A model generated the notes under the pieces. It did no database searches. It saw only the letters and a program-made list of their open reading frames with translations, and was not told the origin of the DNA. From NCBI GenBank assembly GCA_016744925.1, contig JADGDJ010000002.1:4024-68023 (forward strand): DNA of 64,000 nucleotides, given 5' to 3'. The position numbers and the translations under genes are program-made. Origin of the DNA: Spirochaetaceae bacterium (GTDB lineage: Bacteria > Spirochaetota > Spirochaetia > DSM-2461). Below are positions 17,732 to 25,825 of this stretch, in pieces; the stretch's first letter is position 1; every line of letters begins with the position of its first letter.

Positions 17732-20700
17732 ATGGGAGATATAATGCGACCAGTGTCTTTTGAGGAACTGGTTAATAGAATTTTTGATGAATACAGAAAT
17801 CAGAAATCAATTTTTGGAATTTCTGAGGAATATTTTTTCAGAAAAAATACTGATTCACAATTTAACATATTTGGGGAGAACTGTGATGTTCCTCTCGGGC
17901 CGGCTGCCGGTCCTCACTCTCAGTTGACACAGAATATTATTGTTTCCTACCTGACAGGCAGCCGCTTTGTCGAACTGAAAACAGTACAGATTATGGATAC
18001 ACTGGAAATTGAGAAACCCTGTATAGATGCCGATGATGAGGGCTTTAATACAGAGTGGTCTACAGAATTTACTCTGGAAAAGGCCTATGACGAGTATGCC
18101 AAGGCATGGATACTACTTCATCTGGTTGAAAAAGTTTTCGGTTTTGCTGTTTCTGATAAAAAATCATTTATATTTAATATGAGTGTCGGTTATGACCTGA
18201 AAGGTATTAAAACCGAGCGCATGCAGACCTTCATCAATTCTCTGATGGAATCAGCAGGTCATGAAGTTTTCAATAACCACATAAAGAGTCTCGATGAGAT
18301 TATTAAAAAAGGTGAATTCCTCAAGGGAACAGGACTGGAAGATACTCTTCTGTCATTAAGTGGCCTTCCTTCGGCCATCCCTACTAAAATCTGTACTTCG
18401 GTGACACTGTCGACAATGCATGGGTGTCCACCCGATGAGATTGAAGCCATCTGTATGTATATGATTCAGGAAAAAGGACTTGAGACTTTTGTTAAACTCA
18501 ATCCTACTCTTCTGTCTTTCCCTGTTGTAAGAAAGATTCTCGATGATGCGGGATTCTCCTATGTAGGATTAAAACAGGAATCATTTGATCACGATATTCA
18601 ATATGATGCGGCTGTTGCCATGCTCGTCAGACTGAGAGCCGAAGCCAAAAAACGGAATCAGAATTTTGGTGTTAAACTTACCAATACACTGGGTTCTGTC
18701 AATAATCTCGGTCGTCTGCCCGGTGATGAAATGTATATGTCCGGCCGTGCTTTATTCCCACTGTCGATCAATCTGGCCGCAAAACTCTCTGAAGAGTTTG
18801 ATGGGGATTTACCCGTATCATTTTCCGGAGGAGCTGCCGCCCATAACATTCAGGAAATACTGGAAACAGGAATCAGACCCGTTACTATTGCTACGGAAAT
18901 GCTGAAACCCGGTGGATATAACCGAATGGTGCAGTGTGCAAAAATATCTGAAAGCTGTTCCTATCCCGAGAATATTGATGTTAAAAAACTGAGAACTCTT
19001 GCCGACAAGGCTTTAACAGCGGACTATTCCCTGAAATCTACCCGTGGTGATGACAGGATTGAAGTGGATAGAGATCTTCCCTTAACCGACTGTTATGTCG
19101 CACCCTGTAAGGTCGCCTGTGCAATCAGCCAGGATATTCCCGAATATGTACGACTGACAGGTGAAGGCCGATATGCCGAGGCTCTCGATGTCATTTATGA
19201 GAAAAACGCTCTACCTTCCATTACCGGTCATATTTGTGATCACCAGTGTCAGTACAACTGTACAAGAATGGATTATGAAGGTTCTGTAAAAATTCGTGAA
19301 ATGAAAAAACAGGCCGTATTAAACGGTTTTGAAGAGTATATGAGCCGATGGGAAAAACCTGTTCAGAATAAAGATGCCAAAGTCGTTGTAATCGGTGGAG
19401 GACCTGCCGGTCTTTCGGCAGCATTTTTTCTGGCCCGTGAAGGGTTTGATGTCACTGTTCATGAAAAATATCACAGCGCCGGTGGAGTGATCGAGCACGT
19501 TATTCCAAAATTCAGGATTTCCGCTGAAGCCATTCTTCACGACATCAACTTCGTGAAAGCCCATGGAGTAAATTTTAAATACAGCATGCCTGTTGAATTT
19601 AATGTCAATGACCTGAAAGATGAAGGTTACAAATATGTTGTTGTTGCCATAGGAGCCGATAAGGTGAAAACCTATGATATTGAGGGTTCAAAAAGTCATG
19701 TTGTTCCCTCTTTGGAGTTCCTTAAGCTATACAACACAGATAGAAAAGCATTGCCTGAGGCTAAACACGTTCTTGTTGTGGGAGCCGGTAATACAGCTAT
19801 GGATGCGGCCCGAGCTGCTAAAAAACTCGATGGTGTAGAATCTGTTTCTGTCGTATATCGACGATCAGTGAAAGAGATGCCCGCAGCCAGAGTGGAGTAC
19901 GATGAAGCTCTTGAAGATGATATCAATTTCCATTTCCTGACTGATCCTGAAAAATTCAATGCCGATGGTACTGTAGTCTGCCGGATTATGGAACTCGGCG
20001 AAGCTGATGCCAGCGGAAGAAGAAGACCTGTTCCGACAGCAAAGACCATCACCATAAAAGGTGATCTGATTATTCCTTCTATCGGTGAATCTGCCGACTC
20101 GGATACGCTTATCAAAAGTGGACTGTCTGCAGAAAACGGCTGGGTTACCACAGATAATAACCTGGAAACTTCAGTAGACAATGTATTTCTTATCGGTGAC
20201 GGTCGAACAGGACCATCAACAATTGTCCGTTGTATACAGGAAGGCCGAACCGCAGCTGATACAATTACAAAAAGAGAGGATGAAGCATTTGATAGAATAG
20301 AAGCTTTTCCTTTTGTCGATCCCGATACACGGATTGATGAAATTAAAGAGAAAAAAGGCGTATTGATTGCCTCAGACGGTACAGATAAACGGGAAAGAGA
20401 GCGATGTATCGAGTGTAACTTCCTTTGTAACCGATGTGTTGAAGTTTGTCCCAACAGAGCGAATGCCACAGTCGCAGTTACAGAAGACGATGGATATTTT
20501 GATCCATACCAGATTTATCACATAGATGCTTTTTGTAATGAGTGTGGAAACTGCGCCAGATTCTGTCCCTACGAAGAGGGGCGTCCCTATAAAGATAAAT
20601 TTACAGTTTTCAGTCTTCAGGAAGATTTTGACAGCAGTACCAATCCGGGATTTTTCCTTGAAGGAAATGATCTGCAGCTGAGAACGGCTGGAGTTGTTGA

Positions 20701-20821
20701 AAAACTGAAAATGGAAAATGGGAAAGTTACAGTTGTTCCGGATCAGATGGCACAGTCCGTTGCTCTGGTTGAACTGATCGTCAGAAAACAGCCATGGGTC
20801 TTAGGAGAAGTAGAAAAATGA
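17732..20821 (+). CDS. ygfK: YgfK Fe-S flavoprotein oxidoreductase (purine/urate catabolism; often annotated 'putative selenate reductase subunit')
   Basis: MGDIMRP start, GPAAGPHSQL, FNTEWSTE, TLSTMHGCPPDEIE, MYMSGRALFPL, GGGPAG and GAGNTAMD Rossmann motifs, C-terminal ferredoxin Cys clusters. Confidence 0.95.
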   Translation: MGDIMRPVSFEELVNRIFDEYRNQKSIFGISEEYFFRKNTDSQFNIFGENCDVPLGPAAGPHSQLTQNIIVSYLTGSRFVELKTVQIMDTLEIEKPCIDADDEGFNTEWSTEFTLEKAYDEYAKAWILLHLVEKVFGFAVSDKKSFIFNMSVGYDLKGIKTERMQTFINSLMESAGHEVFNNHIKSLDEIIKKGEFLKGTGLEDTLLSLSGLPSAIPTKICTSVTLSTMHGCPPDEIEAICMYMIQEKGLETFVKLNPTLLSFPVVRKILDDAGFSYVGLKQESFDHDIQYDAAVAMLVRLRAEAKKRNQNFGVKLTNTLGSVNNLGRLPGDEMYMSGRALFPLSINLAAKLSEEFDGDLPVSFSGGAAAHNIQEILETGIRPVTIATEMLKPGGYNRMVQCAKISESCSYPENIDVKKLRTLADKALTADYSLKSTRGDDRIEVDRDLPLTDCYVAPCKVACAISQDIPEYVRLTGEGRYAEALDVIYEKNALPSITGHICDHQCQYNCTRMDYEGSVKIREMKKQAVLNGFEEYMSRWEKPVQNKDAKVVVIGGGPAGLSAAFFLAREGFDVTVHEKYHSAGGVIEHVIPKFRISAEAILHDINFVKAHGVNFKYSMPVEFNVNDLKDEGYKYVVVAIGADKVKTYDIEGSKSHVVPSLEFLKLYNTDRKALPEAKHVLVVGAGNTAMDAARAAKKLDGVESVSVVYRRSVKEMPAARVEYDEALEDDINFHFLTDPEKFNADGTVVCRIMELGEADASGRRRPVPTAKTITIKGDLIIPSIGESADSDTLIKSGLSAENGWVTTDNNLETSVDNVFLIGDGRTGPSTIVRCIQEGRTAADTITKREDEAFDRIEAFPFVDPDTRIDEIKEKKGVLIASDGTDKRERERCIECNFLCNRCVEVCPNRANATVAVTEDDGYFDPYQIYHIDAFCNECGNCARFCPYEEGRPYKDKFTVFSLQEDFDSSTNPGFFLEGNDLQLRTAGVVEKLKMENGKVTVVPDQMAQSVALVELIVRKQPWVLGEVEK

Positions 20822-22143
20822 TCACATTGATTAAAAATGCTACAGCCGTTGAGTTTGAGCCCTCTTCAGTAAAAGAGGGTGTGGATATTATCATCGAAGA
20901 TACTCTGATCAAAGAGGTCGGAAAGAACCTCGATGGAAAGTATAAAGCCGATAAAGTGATTGATGGAACGGGAAAACTGGTTTATCCGGGGATTGTCTGT
21001 TCTCACAACCACTTCTATTCCGGTCTTGCCCGGGGGATTACAGCTAATATTAAACCATCTCCGGACTTCGTTTCTATCCTGAGAAATCTTTGGTGGAAGC
21101 TGGATAGGGCTATCGATAAGGATATCCTCTATTACAGTGGTCTTGTCTGCGCTCTCGATGCGATAAAGTCGGGAACAACTTCAGTTATTGATCATCATGC
21201 TTCGCCATCTTTCATTAAAGGATCTTTGAAAACATTAAAAGATGCTTTTGAGAAAGCCGGGTTAAGAGGTATGACCTGTTATGAGATAACTGACCGTAAT
21301 GGACGAGATCAGATGGTTGCCGGTGTTGAGGAAAGCATTGAGTTTGCCCAGCTGATTGATTCTGAGAAAGATAGTGGACCCAATCTGGTAGAGACTCATA
21401 TCGGTGGTCATGCACCATTTACTCTCAACGATGAAGCTTTAACAATGATGGGCGACGCCGTTAAAAAAACTGGTCGTGGTGTTCATGTTCATGTAGCTGA
21501 GGGGTCCTATGATGTCTCTCACTCACATGCGGTCTATGGAAAAGATCTCATAGCCCGAATGGATGAGTTTGGATTACTAAATAACAGATCGATTATTGTT
21601 CATGGTGTGTATTTATCAGATGATGATATTAAGACAATGAATGATAAAGATGTCTATCTTGTACACAATGCCCGTTCCAATATGAATAATGGAATAGGAT
21701 ATAATGAAAAGTTGGGACAGTATAAAAACCTCGCACTGGGAACAGATGGTATCGGAAGTAACATGTTTGACGAGACCAAATTTGCTTATTTCAAGCACAA
21801 AGATGCAGGTGGCGATATGTGGCCCGATAGCTACCTGAAATTTCTCTACAACGGAAATGATATTCTGGAGAGAAACTTCGGTGAAAAATTTGGAAAACTG
21901 GAAGCGGGATACAAAGCGGATGTTGTCATCGCCGATTACAATTGTCCCACACCCATGTCTGCTGACAATCTTGCGGGGCATATTGCCTTTGGAATGGGAT
22001 CCGATACAGTGAAAACTGTTTTGATCAATGGAAATGTTGTACTGGAGAATGGAGAATTCCCATTCGATGTTTCTGAGATTTATGCAGAAGCACGAAAACA
22101 GGCACAGAAGTTGTGGGATAATATGGACGCTCTCACCGATTGA
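20818..22143 (+). CDS. ssnA: amidohydrolase SsnA
   Basis: PGIVCSHNHFYSGLARG, TSVIDHHASP, HNARSNMNN, LGTDGIGS; ATGA overlap with ygfK. Confidence 0.95.
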   Translation: MITLIKNATAVEFEPSSVKEGVDIIIEDTLIKEVGKNLDGKYKADKVIDGTGKLVYPGIVCSHNHFYSGLARGITANIKPSPDFVSILRNLWWKLDRAIDKDILYYSGLVCALDAIKSGTTSVIDHHASPSFIKGSLKTLKDAFEKAGLRGMTCYEITDRNGRDQMVAGVEESIEFAQLIDSEKDSGPNLVETHIGGHAPFTLNDEALTMMGDAVKKTGRGVHVHVAEGSYDVSHSHAVYGKDLIARMDEFGLLNNRSIIVHGVYLSDDDIKTMNDKDVYLVHNARSNMNNGIGYNEKLGQYKNLALGTDGIGSNMFDETKFAYFKHKDAGGDMWPDSYLKFLYNGNDILERNFGEKFGKLEAGYKADVVIADYNCPTPMSADNLAGHIAFGMGSDTVKTVLINGNVVLENGEFPFDVSEIYAEARKQAQKLWDNMDALTD

Positions 22144-22258
22144 TGTCCTTTGTTCCGGCTTCGGAGTTAGGCTGCGAGTCTGCGGTGCTCAAGTGCAAAA
22201 GCACTCTCCGCTCCTCGAGTCTTGTCTGTCTTGAATCCGGGAGAAATCATCATCAGTC
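22138..22258. repeat. ~120-bp imperfect inverted repeat (MITE/REP-like)
   Basis: Ends GATTGATG / CATCAGTC, arms TCCGGCTTC / GAATCCGGGA, core GCGG..AGTGC-AAAA-GCACT..CCGC. Confidence 0.6.
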
Positions 22259-22310
22259 ACCCATTTTTATAGAAGAAAAAAATAATATATACGAAGTATA
22301 GGAGAAAAAA

Positions 22311-23516
22311 ATGAACGAAAAACAGATTTTAGAATTGGCAGCGAAGTATAGTGATTATACTGCTGAGAATCTTTCAAAAATGATTAAAATCCCTTCATAT
22401 AGTGCTCAGGAAAAAGAAGTATGTGAAGCTATTGTGAAGATGTGCGAAGAAGCTGGATTTGACGAAGTAAGACTCGATGGTCTCGGTAGTGTAATCGGAC
22501 GAGTCGGCAACGGTCCCAAAATGATCGCATTTGATGCGCATATCGATACAGTTGAAGTGGGAGATCCTTCACAGTGGGATTTAGATCCTTTCTCAGGTCT
22601 GATCAAAGATGGTCTGGTTCACGGTCGTGGTACTTCTGACCAGGAAGGTGGAGCTGCATCAATGATTACAGCCGGTAGAATCATCAAAGAACTTGGTTAC
22701 GATGGTGAGTATACATGTCTGTTTACATTTACCGTAATGGAAGAAGATTGTGATGGTATGTGCTGGAAATATCTGATAGAAGAGGAAAAAGTTGTTCCCG
22801 ACTTTGTCGTTTCAACAGAACCTACATCTTGTCAGCTTTACAGAGGACATAGAGGTAGAATGGAGATGGAAGTAATCATCAAAGGTGTTTCCAGTCATGG
22901 TTCAGCTCCTGAAAGAGGTGTTTCTGCAGCATACAAAGCTTCAAAAGCCGCTCTCGCTATGGAAAAACTGAATGCTGATCTACAGCCTGATGAAGAGAAG
23001 TTTTTAGGAAAAGGAACAATCGTAGTTTCTCAGATGGATGTGAAAGGACCAAGTCAGTGCGCCGTTCCCGACCAGGCTAAGTTATATCTCGACAGAAGAC
23101 TCACATGGGGTGAGGATGCAGAACTTGCGATCAAGCAGGTTACAGATTACATAACTGAAGCTATTGGTGAAGCTCCTGCATCAGTGACAATGCCCGATTA
23201 CACAAGACGTGGATACAGAGACTTTGATTACAGCCAGGAATTGTATTTCCCAACATGGAAAATTGATGAAGACAGCAAACTTGTTGTAGCTGGACAGGAA
23301 ACTTTCAAAGCTCTTTATGGTACAACTGTTAAGACTGATAAATGGACTTTCTCTACAAATGGTGTTGCTACTTGTGGTAGACATAAGATTCCGACAATTG
23401 GATTTGGTCCTGGTGATGAAAATCAGGCTCATGCCCCCAACGAGATTACAAGAGTGAAGGATCTTGAGATCTGCAGTGCATTCTATGCAATGCTGCCTCT
23501 TTCACTAGAAAAATAA
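22311..23516 (+). CDS. ygeY: YgeY M20-family hydrolase
   Basis: FDAHIDTV, GRGTSDQEGG, VMEEDCDG, RGHRGRME, KWTFSTNGV, GFGPG.E..AHAPNE. Confidence 0.95.
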   Translation: MNEKQILELAAKYSDYTAENLSKMIKIPSYSAQEKEVCEAIVKMCEEAGFDEVRLDGLGSVIGRVGNGPKMIAFDAHIDTVEVGDPSQWDLDPFSGLIKDGLVHGRGTSDQEGGAASMITAGRIIKELGYDGEYTCLFTFTVMEEDCDGMCWKYLIEEEKVVPDFVVSTEPTSCQLYRGHRGRMEMEVIIKGVSSHGSAPERGVSAAYKASKAALAMEKLNADLQPDEEKFLGKGTIVVSQMDVKGPSQCAVPDQAKLYLDRRLTWGEDAELAIKQVTDYITEAIGEAPASVTMPDYTRRGYRDFDYSQELYFPTWKIDEDSKLVVAGQETFKALYGTTVKTDKWTFSTNGVATCGRHKIPTIGFGPGDENQAHAPNEITRVKDLEICSAFYAMLPLSLEK

Positions 23517-23578
23517 TAATTGTTAAGAAACCAAATATAATATTTGGGATTTATACTACCTTATATTATATTAAATAT

Positions 23579-23609
23579 GAGAAACTTCCTTATCTTAAGG
23601 AAGTTTCTC
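23579..23609 (+). terminator. 14-bp perfect hairpin after ygeY
   Basis: GAGAAACTTCCTTA-TCT-TAAGGAAGTTTCTC; weak U-tract, so could be an mRNA-stabilising stem. Confidence 0.55.
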
Positions 23610-23650
23610 CTTGTTAAGATAATTGATGTATATGGTAAGGAGAAATCAAT

Positions 23651-25003
23651 TTGAGTACGCTGTTACTTAAAAATTGTTTTTATATATATCTTTCTTCTGA
23701 GAAAGAACCTCTTAAAGATTATGATATATTAATTAAAAATAATATTATCGATCAGATTGGGAAAAATATTGATTTCAAAGCAGATCGAATAATTGATGCC
23801 AGATGGAATGTTGTCATCCCGGGGCTGGTTAATACTCATCATCATTTCTATCAGACGCTTACAAGAAACCTGCCGGCAGTTCAGAATGCTGAGCTTTTTG
23901 ACTGGCTTGTTTATCTCTATGATATCTGGAAACATATTGACGAAGAAGCGGTATATTACTCCTCTATGTTAGCGATGGGAGAATTGCTTAAAACCGGTTG
24001 TACAACTTCAACAGATCACCATTACTTGTATCCTAATACTATTACCGGCGATATTATGGGTACTCAGTTTAAGGCTGCAGAAACTCTCGGCATGAGATTT
24101 TCACCAACCAGAGGCTCAATGTCTTTAAGTAAAAAAGATGGAGGACTTCCTCCTGATTCTGTTGTTCAGACTGAAGAGCAGATTCTAATCGATAGTGAGC
24201 GCGTCATTAATAAATTTCATGATAGTAGCGATTTATCCATGAGAAAAGTGATTCTGGCTCCGTGCAGCCCATTTTCCGTGACAGAGGATCTGATGAAACA
24301 ATCGGTTAATCTGGCCAGGAAACATGGAGTGCGGCTTCATACTCACCTTGCGGAAACAAAAGATGAAAATGATTTCTGTATAAAAATGTATGGTAGAAGA
24401 CCATTGAAGTTGATGGAGGATTGTGGTTTTATCGGAGAAGATGTTTTTTATGCTCATGGTATTCATTTTAATGATGATGAACTGAAAATCCTTTCTGATA
24501 CCAAAACACATATCGCTCATTGTCCCACTTCTAATATGAGGCTGGGATCAGGCATTTGCAGGGTGACAGAGATGATCCCTGCAAATATCAATGTCGGTCT
24601 TGCTGTTGATGGTTCGGCTTCAAATGATTCTTCAGATATGCTTGGAGAGATGAGGAATGCACTTCTTCTTCAAAGAGTTCATTATGGAGCTGCTGCTGTA
24701 ACAGCAAAAGATGTTATGAGACTGGGAACTGAAAACGGAGCAAAACTGCTTAACTTTAACAATATCGGTAAAATTGAAACTGGTTATGCAGCAGATCTGG
24801 CTCTTTTTAATATAAATAAAATGGAGTATGCCGGATCTCTTTCAGATCCTCTTGCTGCTCTGATATTTTCCGGGTACAACCACGGGACAGAATATACAAT
24901 TGTAAATGGTAAAGTCGTAGTAGATAAAGGTCGGCTTACAGGTTTTCACGAAGAGGACATTACGAAAAAATGTAATGAAATCTCAGCAAGAATCAGTGGC
25001 TAA
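23651..25003 (+). CDS. 8-oxoguanine deaminase-type amidohydrolase
   Basis: PGLVNTHHHFYQTLTR, RGSMSLSKKDGGLPPD, APCSPFSV, HCPTSNMRLGSG, VDGSASND; TTG start after AAGGAG. Confidence 0.85.
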   Translation: MSTLLLKNCFYIYLSSEKEPLKDYDILIKNNIIDQIGKNIDFKADRIIDARWNVVIPGLVNTHHHFYQTLTRNLPAVQNAELFDWLVYLYDIWKHIDEEAVYYSSMLAMGELLKTGCTTSTDHHYLYPNTITGDIMGTQFKAAETLGMRFSPTRGSMSLSKKDGGLPPDSVVQTEEQILIDSERVINKFHDSSDLSMRKVILAPCSPFSVTEDLMKQSVNLARKHGVRLHTHLAETKDENDFCIKMYGRRPLKLMEDCGFIGEDVFYAHGIHFNDDELKILSDTKTHIAHCPTSNMRLGSGICRVTEMIPANINVGLAVDGSASNDSSDMLGEMRNALLLQRVHYGAAAVTAKDVMRLGTENGAKLLNFNNIGKIETGYAADLALFNINKMEYAGSLSDPLAALIFSGYNHGTEYTIVNGKVVVDKGRLTGFHEEDITKKCNEISARISG

Positions 25004-25020
25004 AAGGAGAATTAATAAAA

Positions 25021-25806
25021 ATGATTAAAGAATTTTTAAAACCTTCTAATGTAAAAGAAGCGCTTAAGATGAAAAAAGAGATGAATGACTCTTTTTATCT
25101 CGGAGGCGGAACTAAATTAAATAATAGTGGTGAAAATTACAGTGCTGATATATTGATCTCTCTTGAGAATCTCAATCTTAAAGGGATTGTGAAAATGGGA
25201 GAAAAAGTAAAGATCGGATCCGGAGAGAGTCTTCAGGATCTTTTGGATTCATCAGATGTCCCACAATTTTTAAAAGACAGTATTTCAGGTGAGTCCAATA
25301 GAAACATTCGAAATGCATCGACTCTCGGTGGTCAGATTGCCGCTGCTAAGAGCTACTCTACAACCCTGGCCGGACTAATGGCTATGGATGCCGAAATAGA
25401 GACTGCTGACGAGGGCATCTTAAATATAAATGATTATGTCAAAAACGATATGAATGATCTGATTCTGAATGTTTTTATTCCTCAGGTCAAATCAAAAATG
25501 TACAGAAATGACCAGCGGGTGACCGCTAATAGCCGTCCTGAAATAACAGCAGCAGTGTCCATTGGGAAATCAGGAGATTCTGTTTCAAAAGCAATAATTG
25601 TTCTCGGTGGTCTGGAAAAGCACCCCATTCGTTTGATTTCTATTGAAAAGAAACTGCTCGATGGTTCATTGACTAATGCCGACGCCGTTCAGGATGCTGT
25701 TCAGGATGAAATCCTTAAGAACACTGAAAAGATGGAAAAGGGAACGTATCTTAATTATATAAGTGGAGTAATGGTCGCAGATTGTGTCGGCCGTTGCATG
25801 AGATAA
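25021..25806 (+). CDS. ygfM: YgfM-like FAD-binding subunit of a Mo-hydroxylase
   Basis: YLGGGTKLN, IRNASTLGG; directly upstream of xdhD as in E. coli. Confidence 0.8.
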   Translation: MIKEFLKPSNVKEALKMKKEMNDSFYLGGGTKLNNSGENYSADILISLENLNLKGIVKMGEKVKIGSGESLQDLLDSSDVPQFLKDSISGESNRNIRNASTLGGQIAAAKSYSTTLAGLMAMDAEIETADEGILNINDYVKNDMNDLILNVFIPQVKSKMYRNDQRVTANSRPEITAAVSIGKSGDSVSKAIIVLGGLEKHPIRLISIEKKLLDGSLTNADAVQDAVQDEILKNTEKMEKGTYLNYISGVMVADCVGRCMR

Positions 25807-25825
25807 CATTATTTCGAGGTAAAAT

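Noticed and set aside
19696-20469. Long antisense ORFs (e.g. 257 aa here; also 11130-11663, 42432-43010, 45417-46016)
   Set aside because: Shadow frames of well-supported genes with no recognisable motifs.
17732-20821. Selenate respiration inferred from the YgfK 'selenate reductase' label
   Set aside because: The label is historical; the gene context here is purine catabolism.
22141-22258. Selenocysteine read-through of the ssnA TGA using the hairpin as SECIS
   Set aside because: SsnA already looks full length, and an in-frame TAG follows nine codons later.
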